This document shows, one piece after another, positions 29,066 through 38,990 of a DNA stretch of 64,000 nucleotides (position 1 is the first letter of the stretch; each line of letters begins with the position of its first letter). Origin of the DNA: Saprospiraceae bacterium (GTDB taxonomy: Bacteria; Bacteroidota; Bacteroidia; Chitinophagales; Saprospiraceae). The DNA is taken from assembly GCA_020631105.1 (NCBI GenBank), contig JAHDHW010000005.1, forward strand, positions 26,926 through 90,925, given 5' to 3'. The notes under the pieces are model-generated. The model did no database searches, was not told the origin of the DNA, and saw only the letters and a list, made by a program, of their open reading frames with translations. The translations under genes were made by a program, and so were the position numbers.

Positions 29066-30103
29066 CTAGTTGAGCGAAAAATTAGAATCTGACTTCTTTG
29101 GGTTTAGTTGATTATTCTTATCCTGATCCGGATACTGAATCCCTGCAATCATTCTGATTTCATCTAATAGTTCGATGAGGTCCAAACTAAAATTATGACT
29201 CATCAAGTTACTCATTAGTTGATTAGCAGCTAAGCAGCGTTGTACTTCTTCTGCTTCATAACGATATCCATTGCTGTCAAAATCAAAAAAGAAATCCTTA
29301 GGCTCCTTTCCCTCTTGCAGCAAGGTAATACTGGTAGGCTCATGCCATCGGGTATTTATCCTAATCGTCCCCATTGAGCCGTAGATAAAAGCCTCCGTCG
29401 CTGTTTTGTTGACCACTGAGGAATGAAGAATGGCCATTTTGTTGTGAGGGTATTTCATCAACATTCCACAGCTTTCATCAACATTTGATTTTCCGATACT
29501 TGCAATTGCTTTTACTGTAGAAGGCTTGCCTAGAATAAGAAGCGATAAGAATACCGGATAAATTCCAACATCCAATAACGAACCTCCACCAAGGCTTTGA
29601 TCGAACAGGCGGCTTTTGGAATCAAACGTAGCTTTAAATCCAAAATCTGCTTTTACGGTTTGAACCTCACCAATTGCACCGGATTCGATCAGTTCAAGCA
29701 CTTTTAAGGTAGTCGGCAAAAACCGGGTCCAGAGTGCTTCCATCAAAAAAGTTTTATTTGTGCTCGCTGCGGAGATCATTTTTCGTACCTCAGCTGCATT
29801 TATTGCGAAGGGTTTTTCGCAAAGTACCGGTATTTTATTTTTCAAACAGAGGATCGTATGCTCACAATGATATACATGAGGAGTCGCAATATAAACTACA
29901 TCCAAATCCGGGCAATCCATCAGGGCTTCATAAGATCCAAAACAATGCGGTGCATTATACTGAGCACCAAACTCTTTTGCTTTGGCCATAGAACGGGATG
30001 CTACTGCATGAATTCGTGCATTTTTAATCACTTGAATATCCTGCGCAAACTTGTGTGCAATCTTACCTAATCCAATGATTCCCCAATTGTAAATCTTTGC
30101 CAT
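29066..30103 (-). CDS. Gfo/Idh/MocA family oxidoreductase
   Basis: NWGIIGLGKIAHKF...HAVASRS..KAKEF...VYIATPHVYHCEHTILCLKNKIPVLCEKPFA. Confidence 0.9.
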   Translation of the reverse strand: MAKIYNWGIIGLGKIAHKFAQDIQVIKNARIHAVASRSMAKAKEFGAQYNAPHCFGSYEALMDCPDLDVVYIATPHVYHCEHTILCLKNKIPVLCEKPFAINAAEVRKMISAASTNKTFLMEALWTRFLPTTLKVLELIESGAIGEVQTVKADFGFKATFDSKSRLFDQSLGGGSLLDVGIYPVFLSLLILGKPSTVKAIASIGKSNVDESCGMLMKYPHNKMAILHSSVVNKTATEAFIYGSMGTIRINTRWHEPTSITLLQEGKEPKDFFFDFDSNGYRYEAEEVQRCLAANQLMSNLMSHNFSLDLIELLDEIRMIAGIQYPDQDKNNQLNPKKSDSNFSLN

Positions 30104-30245
30104 ATCGAGTATTCTGCTACATTAAGAAATATTATATTATACGAAGTTAAAAAAAATCTATGTCCTAACATTCATTACTTCCTTCATCAAGGACAAATTC
30201 GAAAATAATATGCAAATCCTTTGAAAATATCTATTTTGAGTGCTT

Positions 30246-31163
30246 ATGGAAACCATCGATGCAGTACGAATTAATTTTAATCCGGAGCAATTAACACTTT
30301 TGAACATTTGCTTGGCCTTCCTCATGTTTGGGGTTGCGCTGGATATTAAAGTTTCTGATTTTCGTTACATCGTGCGGCATCCCAAAATGGCCCTGGTCGG
30401 ACTTTCATCACAACTACTACTCCTACCTATCCTTACAATTTTGCTCGCTCGGTTCTTTGATCCTCCGGCTAGTATAGCCTTGGGCATGGTCCTGATTGCT
30501 TCTTGCCCCGGAGGGAATGTATCTAACTTTATGGTACACCTATCCAAAGCTAATGCAGCCTTGTCCGTTATGCTAACTTCAATTACAACGATTAGTGCTG
30601 TGGTGCTAACGCCGCTTGCCTTTAGTTTTTGGTCCGGATTTATACCCGGCACTGCTGCATTGAGAGAGCGAATTTATGTAGATCCTTTTGATATGGTTTT
30701 GACGATTATTCAGTTAATCTTTCTGCCCCTAATTGCGGGAATGTTTATTAATCATCGATTTGAGCAGATTGCGAGTAAAATCCGGAAACCGATAAAAATA
30801 TTCAGCATTTTAATTTTTCTGAGCTTTGTCGTTTTTGCGATGATTGGAAACTATCAAAACATCATCGACCATGTGGGCAAAGTTTTTATGATTGTACTCG
30901 TGCATAACAGCCTGGGCTTTCTTCTTGGTTATTCATGGGCCAAACTTTTTAAGCTAAGATCGAATGATGCCAGAGCTATTTCAATAGAAACGGGTATTCA
31001 AAATTCGGGACTCGGATTAATTTTGATCTTCAACTTCTTTGATGGAATCGGTGGCATGGCGATGATTACGGCCTGGTGGGGTATCTGGCATTTAATTAGT
31101 GGCTTCCTATTAGCCATGTGGTGGAGCCGAAAAGCAACTTCCGTATCAGAACAAACTAACTAA
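30246..31163 (+). CDS. Bile acid:sodium symporter (BASS) family transporter
   Basis: Polytopic, with CPGGNVSNFMVHLSKANAALSVMLTS and ISIETGIQNSGLGL signatures. The ATG at 30246 is preferred over the GTG at 30240. Confidence 0.85.
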   Translation: METIDAVRINFNPEQLTLLNICLAFLMFGVALDIKVSDFRYIVRHPKMALVGLSSQLLLLPILTILLARFFDPPASIALGMVLIASCPGGNVSNFMVHLSKANAALSVMLTSITTISAVVLTPLAFSFWSGFIPGTAALRERIYVDPFDMVLTIIQLIFLPLIAGMFINHRFEQIASKIRKPIKIFSILIFLSFVVFAMIGNYQNIIDHVGKVFMIVLVHNSLGFLLGYSWAKLFKLRSNDARAISIETGIQNSGLGLILIFNFFDGIGGMAMITAWWGIWHLISGFLLAMWWSRKATSVSEQTN

Positions 31164-33022
31164 CGCATCAAAGTGATACTTCCTGAGTATTGTCTAATCA
31201 CTCCGTCAAGAAAAAGAACTTCTACAACATACACATAAACTCCATTATCTAAAGCTTCTCCTTTGAAGGTACCGTCCCAACCACTTAATTCATCATTAGG
31301 TAAAATAGAACTTGCTTCATAAACTACGCCTCCCCAGCGATTAAATACTTGTAATCGTTCGATCGCAGTAACGTTAGGTACTCCAACCTGAGGGAAAAAA
31401 TAATCATTAGTCCCATCACCATTGGGTGAAAAAAGATTAGGTACAAAAACCTGTCGTAAATCTTCTACCTGAATAAAGAGAGAATCTACTGCTAAACATC
31501 CAAATTCTGAGAAAGCAGACAAGACATATGTATTCGACATCGTCGGAACAAAGTTGAAACTCAAGCAATCATTTGTCGGGCAGTCTGCCACCTCGGGGCT
31601 CCAGCTAAAGTTATCAATAGGCAGGTTAGATACAGGGTCAATACTCACTGCCTGACCTAAGGGAACACTCTGATCAGGGCCAACATCCACTGTAAATTCA
31701 ATAGGATCAGTGATGACCACCGGAGCTTCGAAGAAACAACCGTATTGATCAACGATCGTCAGCACATAAGAATCCGCATTATAACCTTCTGAAGGAATGC
31801 CTTCGGAGATCATCATTTCGTTGATAAATATCTCATAAGGATCGTATGTATTATTTACATTAGAAACTGTAATTATTCCTGTAGGGACTCCTGCGCAAAC
31901 GGGGTTTTCAACTTCAACTAATGCGGTAATACCCTGATCAGGAAGAAAGGTCAGATCCAGAGTAACAATGCTATCGCATCCTAAAGAAGAGATCAAACTA
32001 TCGACGTATATTCCAGTCTGTGTATAACTATCGTTTCCGGAAACGTAAGTTAAGCCACTACATAATGTATCACTTAAAAACCAAAACTTTGGAACGACCT
32101 CCACTATTTTGACATTTGAAATAACCCGGCATTTTGAATTAGACAAATTTGCTGATCCATTCGCTAGCAAATAGCGGTAATAATAAAATCCGCTACTTAA
32201 AATATTATGGGTGTAGGTCAAATCATTTGCTCCGGGTATATCCATCCAGGTGGCTCCTTCATCCAAACTGATTTGCCATTGGATAGCAGGATTGTCATAT
32301 TGCCCTCCAGAAACGGTTGCATTCAAATTAATGGGGTTCCCATCTTCACAAATACTCTCAATCGTCTGAGGAAGGATTTGAGCTAAGGGACCACAAGGTC
32401 GAAAAGTAATATTATCCAATGCAAGATCATTCCCGATTCCACCAGGAGCATTATTTTGTAAAGACAGCACTACAGAAGTCTGTCCAGGGCCGGTAGTAAA
32501 GGTAAAGCCGTAAGTATTCCAGGTTTCATTTTGAGGAATATCTCCTGAAGAGTACTGTACCACATTATCGATCAGAAAAGATACATTGGGTTTGATATGA
32601 TCCGTTACACCAGATTGAATGAGGTTAATCACGTCCGCTGAGAATTCGTACAATGTGTTTTCGCAGAGGTCATTTACTTCTTGCTCATAAAAAAGGCCAG
32701 GTTCAAAACTTGCGTTGACGACCATCATATATCCATTCGGATCATTACTATTATCCGGAATGGCTAACCAGGTACCATACAAATTACTCCAAAGACTGGT
32801 ATTAGTCGTCATCGTATAAAAGCCATCCACCGGAGGAGGAGAGATTTCATACAAATATCCGGGGGCTATCCCTGGGTTCGTAAGTAATACATTCGCACTC
32901 CCTGTTCCAAAATCACCTTCTGTAAAAATATTATCTCCCAGATTACCATCACAAACTTGTGAGTATGCTGTAAAATAAGCACCACTAACCAAGGCTAGCA
33001 ACATCATAAATCGCTTTAACAT
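31160..33022 (-). CDS. T9SS type B (gliding-motility-associated C-terminal domain) surface protein with N-terminal CBM-like beta-sandwich
   Basis: C-terminus FSPNGDGTNDYF...QVFNRWGGVVYE...LDNGVYVYVV. The start is moved to the ATG at 33022 (MLKRFMMLLALVSGAYFTAYSQ is a signal peptide). The track start at 33139 adds 39 non-signal residues. Confidence 0.88.
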   Translation of the reverse strand: MLKRFMMLLALVSGAYFTAYSQVCDGNLGDNIFTEGDFGTGSANVLLTNPGIAPGYLYEISPPPVDGFYTMTTNTSLWSNLYGTWLAIPDNSNDPNGYMMVVNASFEPGLFYEQEVNDLCENTLYEFSADVINLIQSGVTDHIKPNVSFLIDNVVQYSSGDIPQNETWNTYGFTFTTGPGQTSVVLSLQNNAPGGIGNDLALDNITFRPCGPLAQILPQTIESICEDGNPINLNATVSGGQYDNPAIQWQISLDEGATWMDIPGANDLTYTHNILSSGFYYYRYLLANGSANLSNSKCRVISNVKIVEVVPKFWFLSDTLCSGLTYVSGNDSYTQTGIYVDSLISSLGCDSIVTLDLTFLPDQGITALVEVENPVCAGVPTGIITVSNVNNTYDPYEIFINEMMISEGIPSEGYNADSYVLTIVDQYGCFFEAPVVITDPIEFTVDVGPDQSVPLGQAVSIDPVSNLPIDNFSWSPEVADCPTNDCLSFNFVPTMSNTYVLSAFSEFGCLAVDSLFIQVEDLRQVFVPNLFSPNGDGTNDYFFPQVGVPNVTAIERLQVFNRWGGVVYEASSILPNDELSGWDGTFKGEALDNGVYVYVVEVLFLDGVIRQYSGSITLMR

Positions 33023-33409
33023 AGAGAATTGTTTACATCTTCTTGTGGTTAGGGCTTGGGATTTCTTGAATCCCAAGATACATTCCTCATCAAATAAATA
33101 AGGAATTACAATCAATTTATTCAAGGTTAAATCGGACAATTACTGTTAAAAATCACCCTATTCTAACCGATAGGGTATTAAACTGGTTCGAAATGTTAAA
33201 AATTTTAACACTTTTTTGGTCAGGTTCCAAAGAATGCCTATTTTCACCGCATATTGCACATCTTACTTCTACTTTACTAAAAGAAGTTACTTTCTTCCTG
33301 TAACCAAGTCTACATTATTAGAAACCCCATTAGATAGAATAAGAATTTCATTCTTTTAACTAAACATATTCTCTTAAGAGAGAACTTTTTAATCACAAAA
33401 CAAACGATT

Positions 33410-34699
33410 ATGAATTTAATGAAAATGCTTCAGGATCAACTCAGCGGTGAGTTAATGGAGCAAGCTAGTAGTTTTCTTGGCGAAAGTACCGCCAATACTT
33501 CATCAGCAATGGGTGCTGCATTACCATCAATCCTTGGTAGTTTAATATCAAAAGGATCTACCCAATCCGGAGCTAGCGGAATCATGGATATGATCACTAA
33601 AGGTGGTTTTGATGGAAGTATGTTATCTAACATCGGAAGTATGTTAGGTGGCGGAGATGCTACCAGCGGACTTATCAATAGTGGAAGTGGTATTCTTAGC
33701 AGTTTAATGGGTAACAAATTAGGAGGCGTAGTTGATCTAATCGCTTCTGTTAGCGGCATGAAGAAAAGTAGTTCTTCTAGCCTGCTTAGCATGGCTGCTC
33801 CAATGCTTATGAGCCTTATCGGTAAGCAAGTAATGGGTAAAGGTGTAAGTGGATTAATGGATTTATTATCCTCACAAAAGGAACACGTATCCAGCGCAAT
33901 GCCTGCTGGTATGGGTAGCCTTCTTGGTTTAGGAAACCTTGGCGATAATGTAAGCGAAACCGTTAGTGCTGCTGCAGATACTGCAAAAAGCTCTGGAGGT
34001 GGATTACTTAAATGGTTACTGATTGGTTTAGCTGCTTTAGCTGCTTTATGGTATTTCGGTCTGCGTACCGGATGTGATGCAGTAGATGGTGCAGCTGATA
34101 AAGTTGGTGAGACGACTTCTGGCCTGGTAGAAGGTGCTACTGATGTAGCTGGCAAAGCAGGTGAGATGGTAAAAGATGGTGCTGAAGCTGCAGGCGATAT
34201 GGTAAAAGACGGAGCGGAAGCAGTAGGTGATGCTGCAGGTGCTGTTGTTGACGGTGCTGCTGATCTTGCGAATAAAGCTTTAGAAGGAATCACTTTCGCA
34301 GCGGGTTCAGTTGGAGCAAAAATGAAAGACCTTTTCGCTAGTGGCGAAGACATCGTAGGTCAGTCAATTGCATTCAGCAATATGAAATTCCCAACTGGAA
34401 GTGCTGCAATTGATGCGGGTTCAATGGATGAAGTCAATAACTTGGCTGCATTGCTTAAAGCGTACCCTAAGTATAATGTAGAAGTTGGTGGTCACACAGA
34501 CAACACTGGTCAAGCAGATGCTAATATGGCCCTTTCAAAAGCACGTGCTGAATCTGTAAAAACGGCTTTAGTTGCTGCTGGTGTAAGTGCTGATCGAATC
34601 TCTGCTAAAGGATATGGTAGCACTATGCCTACTGCATCTAATGACACTAAAGAAGGTCAAGCGGCTAACCGTCGAATTGAAGTGACGATTACTAAGTAA
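33410..34699 (+). CDS. DUF937 - transmembrane - OmpA-like (peptidoglycan-binding) domain protein
   Basis: The N-terminus MLQDQLSGELMEQASSFLGES...AMGAALPSILGSL is DUF937-like. TM segment LLKWLLIGLAALAALWYF. C-terminus VEVGGHTDNTGQADANMALSKARAESV...GYGSTMP...NRRIEVTI is the OmpA_C motif. Confidence 0.9.
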   Translation: MNLMKMLQDQLSGELMEQASSFLGESTANTSSAMGAALPSILGSLISKGSTQSGASGIMDMITKGGFDGSMLSNIGSMLGGGDATSGLINSGSGILSSLMGNKLGGVVDLIASVSGMKKSSSSSLLSMAAPMLMSLIGKQVMGKGVSGLMDLLSSQKEHVSSAMPAGMGSLLGLGNLGDNVSETVSAAADTAKSSGGGLLKWLLIGLAALAALWYFGLRTGCDAVDGAADKVGETTSGLVEGATDVAGKAGEMVKDGAEAAGDMVKDGAEAVGDAAGAVVDGAADLANKALEGITFAAGSVGAKMKDLFASGEDIVGQSIAFSNMKFPTGSAAIDAGSMDEVNNLAALLKAYPKYNVEVGGHTDNTGQADANMALSKARAESVKTALVAAGVSADRISAKGYGSTMPTASNDTKEGQAANRRIEVTITK

Positions 34700-34761
34700 G
34701 CCAAATTGCGATTCATCGCAACTTAAATTAAATACTTAAAATCTTTAGGTTAAAAATATTA

Positions 34762-34797
34762 AGGAGCAAGTCTTAATTGACTTTGCTCCTTTTTTTG
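34762..34797 (+). terminator. Intrinsic terminator after the OmpA-family gene (probably shared with the convergent GH13 gene)
   Basis: AGGAGCAA (34762-34769) pairs with TTGCTCCT (34783-34790), followed by T7. Confidence 0.75.
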
Positions 34798-34814
34798 TCT
34801 TGCACTAAATCAAA

Positions 34815-36452
34815 TCACTTCTTTTTATAAATACAGGCTTCCCAAGCCTTTAGAATCCCATCATGGTTAGAATAATTGGATACTTCTAATTCATAATTCC
34901 TGGCGTCGCTAATATATCGGGAAATCGGTATGGACGATTCGCTAAAATTAAGCAGAACAATAAACTCTGCGGCTTCATCCATCCGTCTGTAAGCAAACAC
35001 CTGTTCATCCTTAGCCGCCAAATCTTTATACTCGCCATATACAAGTGTCGTATTCGCTTTTCTGTACGCCAGCATTTTTTTGTAGTAGAAGAAAATGGAA
35101 TCCGGATTTTCTAAGGCTTGTTCCACATTAATATCCTTATAGTTTGGATTTATTTTTATCCACGGAGCTGCGTCTGAGAATCCTCCGTTAGGTGCATCCG
35201 ACCATTGGATTGGGGTCCGTACATTATCGCGACCATTTACATAAACTGCTTGCAAGAATTCACTTTCATCTCCCCCATTCGCCATATGCTCTTTATAGAA
35301 ATTCATAATCTCCACATCCCGATAATCTTCAATACTCGGAAATTGAACATTGGTCATTCCAATCTCCGAACCTTGAAAAATACAAGGTGTCCCACGCATC
35401 GTCAATAAAAGTGTTGCCAAGAGCTTGGCAGATTCGGTTCGATATTTTCCATCATCTCCCCAGCGGGATACCATCCTTGGAAAATCGTGGTTGTCTAAGA
35501 AAATATTGATCCATCCACCTTCCTGAATCACTTTATCCCAATCCGTAAACACTTTTTTAAACTCCATAAAATCATCTTCCACTACATCAAATCTTCCGCC
35601 TTCTCCTTGCCCCATAAACATATGACCAAAATGAAAGATCATATTTAATTCTCCCCGATCTTCGCCGACATAAAGATTGGCCAGTTCTCTGGTAATCCCG
35701 GGGCCTTCTCCTACCGTCATGATGTCGTAATGTTTTAATACTTTTTCGTACATTTCATTAATGTACTCATGTACACGGGGCCCATTGGAATAACGTTCTT
35801 CAATAAGCTTATTGAAATCACTGATATCCCCATCCGGATAAGCATCCCTTTTACTAATTAAAGGGATCACATCCATTCGGAATCCATCTACTCCTTTGTC
35901 TAACCAAAACCGCATGAGGCTGTAGACTTCCTCTCTTACTTTTGGGTTTTCCCAGTTAAGATCAGGTTGCTTTTTAGCAAACAGGTGTAGATAATATTCT
36001 TCTGTCTGTTCGTCATAAGTCCAGGCATCTCCTGCAAAAAAAGATTTCCAATTATTCTTTTGTGCTTGCCAGTGGTAATAGTCGCGATATGGGTTATCCT
36101 TTGATTTACGAGATTCCTGAAACCATCGATGTTCGTCAGACGAATGATTAACAACCAGGTCCATCAATATTTTCATTCCTCGTTGATGCACTCCTTCCAA
36201 TAACTCATCGAAATCGTCCATATTCCCAAATTCGTCCATGATATCTTCATAATCGCTGATATCATAGCCATTATCATCATTGGGCGATTTAAATACAGGA
36301 CTTAACCAAAGGATATCAACTCCAAGGTTTTTGAGGTAATCTAATTGCTCGATAATACCTCTCAGATCGCCAATTCCGTCAGCATTACTGTCCTTAAAAC
36401 TGCGGGGGTAAATTTGGTATATAACACTCTCTTTCCACCAGATTTTTTTCAT
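34815..36452 (-). CDS. GH13 alpha-glucosidase (oligo-1,6-glucosidase / trehalose-6-phosphate hydrolase-like), cytoplasmic
   Basis: WWKESVIYQIYPRSFKDSNADGIGDLRGIIEQLDYLKNLGVDILWLSPVFKSPNDDNGYDISDY, DLVVNHSSDEH, GFRMDVI, and EGPG/FLDNHD regions. No signal peptide. Confidence 0.93.
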   Translation of the reverse strand: MKKIWWKESVIYQIYPRSFKDSNADGIGDLRGIIEQLDYLKNLGVDILWLSPVFKSPNDDNGYDISDYEDIMDEFGNMDDFDELLEGVHQRGMKILMDLVVNHSSDEHRWFQESRKSKDNPYRDYYHWQAQKNNWKSFFAGDAWTYDEQTEEYYLHLFAKKQPDLNWENPKVREEVYSLMRFWLDKGVDGFRMDVIPLISKRDAYPDGDISDFNKLIEERYSNGPRVHEYINEMYEKVLKHYDIMTVGEGPGITRELANLYVGEDRGELNMIFHFGHMFMGQGEGGRFDVVEDDFMEFKKVFTDWDKVIQEGGWINIFLDNHDFPRMVSRWGDDGKYRTESAKLLATLLLTMRGTPCIFQGSEIGMTNVQFPSIEDYRDVEIMNFYKEHMANGGDESEFLQAVYVNGRDNVRTPIQWSDAPNGGFSDAAPWIKINPNYKDINVEQALENPDSIFFYYKKMLAYRKANTTLVYGEYKDLAAKDEQVFAYRRMDEAAEFIVLLNFSESSIPISRYISDARNYELEVSNYSNHDGILKAWEACIYKKK

Positions 36453-36844
36453 ATTATATTATAGCTTAGGCTTTAACTTAGTTGACACTCATCAACTAAT
36501 TCCAACAAGAATTAAAAAAAAACTTAGAAGCTGTTTCAGGAGGAAAGGTAGAAAGCGAAAGTTACGGAATATATTTTATTTTAAAGATTGAGGGCTTATT
36601 TACTATTGTAAGAATTTCAGTCTAAGCATCTTCCTTAGTAGCATTTTGGAATGCAAGAGTCTGTTCTAAGTTTAGGCCAGGCTAAGTAAGACCGTAATTC
36701 GGAACAGGCTGATAGTGAGAAGTTTGAACACCTAAAAAATGGCTTGAGAATCGAATGAGAAACATAAATACTTTATACTTTGTTGGGTGCTTCGTTGTTC
36801 CTCTTCAATACATAGTTTGTCACTCAAGTATATTTATTGCTGCA

Positions 36845-37594
36845 TTAATGGGTTGTCGAAAGTCCTATAATCTTGTCAATAGTCCCTTTCATCATTTCTA
36901 ATTCTGTTATTTCATCCCCAGGAGATACTATCCTTTGGAGGTTTAATTTTCGCCTAATGACTAAATTTTCAAATTCGATAGTGCTTAAAAAATTTAGATT
37001 TACTCTAGTATCGTAAATGGTTTCAATCTTAGGATGATCATGTAATCGTTGTAATAATTTCTTATCCATATATGGGTCCCAAAAATTGACCAAATGATAG
37101 TCTGCAATAGCTTCATCTTCTAAATAATCAGCAACCAAATCTTTCCATTGAATTAATAATGCCCGTAATTGCTCATTAGATATAATATCAAAGGAGGCAG
37201 AAGAAACCAATGTATTAATAGCTCCATTCGCAGGATTGAAAGTGCTTCTATTTGAGATAGTTTTTAAGTATAATGATAAATTATCTAAGTTCACCTCTTT
37301 CAAATCAATAGGAAACATTTCAATAATTTTATTACAATTCTCAAGATTTCTTAATCGACGTGAGGTGACCTTTTCAAACCTAATTTTGTTTTGTTGAAAA
37401 TCAGCATGTACTTGTTTCAATATTTTTTCTTCCAATTGCCGGTTCATCTCGTTCGTGTTCCAATTATTAATTTGAAGAGCCAATAATATCCCTATCATTA
37501 CAAGTAGGATTTCTCCTATTGCATAAATAAAGTACCTTTTCAGTTTTCCTTCATTTAATAATTTCTGCCTTATTCTTCGAAAGAATTTTATCAT
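36845..37594 (-). CDS. Hypothetical membrane-anchored protein (DUF6090-like)
   Basis: The N-terminus MIKFFRRIRQKLLNEGKLKRYFIYAIGEILLVMIGILLALQINNWN matches the conserved start of this Bacteroidota family as I recall it. Confidence 0.7.
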   Translation of the reverse strand: MIKFFRRIRQKLLNEGKLKRYFIYAIGEILLVMIGILLALQINNWNTNEMNRQLEEKILKQVHADFQQNKIRFEKVTSRRLRNLENCNKIIEMFPIDLKEVNLDNLSLYLKTISNRSTFNPANGAINTLVSSASFDIISNEQLRALLIQWKDLVADYLEDEAIADYHLVNFWDPYMDKKLLQRLHDHPKIETIYDTRVNLNFLSTIEFENLVIRRKLNLQRIVSPGDEITELEMMKGTIDKIIGLSTTH

Positions 37595-37656
37595 TTATCT
37601 TTTTTCTCAACGTCCTACAATATTTCAATTTCAGCCAGATAGTCATTGTACACTAT

Positions 37657-38988
37657 CTATGGTAAGATCTCTTCCTTTTCTTTTCGTTTTTTAAATACAA
37701 AATATACTGGAAAGCCAATCAATAAAATGATCATCCCCCACCATGCCGGTCGAGGGACTTGAAGGAGCGTTACAACTACAAATATGCTGGAAAGAACGAT
37801 ATAGATTAAAGGCACAATAGGATAAAGCGGTACCCGTACTGGTCGTTCGCTATTTGTCCGTGTTCTTCTAAACACAAATATGCTAATCGCCGCCAAAGTC
37901 ATGGTCAGGATATCCATAAAAGTGACAAAGGCCATTAATTCATACAAATGCTCAAAAGCCAATATCAAAATGATGGAAATAACTGCCTGCAAAACCATTG
38001 CATTGACCGGTGTTTTGTACTTGGGATGCAACTGCGCTAACTGCTTAAAGAAAAGTTTGTCTTTCGCCATTGCAAAATAAACACGAGGTGCAGAAACCGT
38101 AAATATCCCAATAGCACCAAAGACGGAAACAGCAACTAATAATGAAATAAGTTGGCTCCCCCACTCCGGGAAAATAACACTAAAAGCATCCCCTGCTACA
38201 GTATGTGTAGCCGAAATTTCTGGCAATGGTAACAACAGCATATACACCCAGTTAATCAACAAATACATTACCGTTACGATGAGTACTCCCAACACCATGG
38301 CCCGGGGAACCGTTTGTTTTGGCTTTATAGCTTCACCAGCTACATAAGTCGCCTGATGCCAGCCTCCAATCGAAAAGAATACTCCTACCAATCCCAGGAA
38401 TATAGCCTTCCAGGGGTTTTCAGGAGCATTTGACAGGGTAAAAGAAAAAGTCTCCACATCATTGGTATTAACATACCAGATGCCACATACCACAATAAGT
38501 ATAATCGTTAAGAGCTTGATACCAGAAAAAATATTAGCAAACACCTGCAAAATATTAATCCCAAAAATATTCAATCCGGTCAGGAAGACGATTACCATAA
38601 CAGCCATCAACTCTTTATTCACTCCATCCAAAAATGCAAAAGCCGACATGTATTCTGCAAACAGCTCCGCTAAAAATGCTACCGCTCCACTTGTTATAAT
38701 CAACAAAATCACCCAACCATACAGGAAGCTCACCAAATCCCCGTAAGCTTCTCTTAAGTATACATACACTCCGCCAGCCTTTGGAAACAATCCACTTAGT
38801 TCTGAAAAGGTTAGGGCACCACACAAGGCGACCAATCCTCCTAATGCCCAGATTAACAAAACAAAAGCCTGACTCTCAATGCCTTCAGAAATTTGTCCAG
38901 GTGCGGTAAATATTCCGGCTCCGATACAACTTCCAACCACAATCATCGTCAAACCGTATAGGTTGAGTTTTTGCTTTAATTCTGACAT
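37657..38988 (-). CDS. APC superfamily amino acid/polyamine/organocation permease
   Basis: 443 aa with ~12 hydrophobic helices. The N-terminal LNLYGLTMIVVGSCIGAGIF signature is present. The start lies 2 nt after the SGNH stop. Confidence 0.88.
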   Translation of the reverse strand: MSELKQKLNLYGLTMIVVGSCIGAGIFTAPGQISEGIESQAFVLLIWALGGLVALCGALTFSELSGLFPKAGGVYVYLREAYGDLVSFLYGWVILLIITSGAVAFLAELFAEYMSAFAFLDGVNKELMAVMVIVFLTGLNIFGINILQVFANIFSGIKLLTIILIVVCGIWYVNTNDVETFSFTLSNAPENPWKAIFLGLVGVFFSIGGWHQATYVAGEAIKPKQTVPRAMVLGVLIVTVMYLLINWVYMLLLPLPEISATHTVAGDAFSVIFPEWGSQLISLLVAVSVFGAIGIFTVSAPRVYFAMAKDKLFFKQLAQLHPKYKTPVNAMVLQAVISIILILAFEHLYELMAFVTFMDILTMTLAAISIFVFRRTRTNSERPVRVPLYPIVPLIYIVLSSIFVVVTLLQVPRPAWWGMIILLIGFPVYFVFKKRKEKEEILP

Positions 38989-38990
38989 AT

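Noticed and set aside
33023-33139. N-terminal extensions proposed by the ORF track (33139 for the type B protein, and also 4033, 2934, 60480, 30240 and 10764)
   Set aside because: Internal ATGs give proper signal peptides or cofactor motifs right at the N-terminus and remove overlaps with upstream genes. The extensions add non-signal residues. The alternatives are noted in the feature evidence.
33436-34353. 305-aa minus-strand ORF in the track
   Set aside because: It is entirely antisense to the well-supported DUF937-OmpA gene. Its product is low-complexity Ala/Pro/Ser-rich, the mirror image of the Gly/Ala-rich sense codons. It has no motifs and is judged spurious.
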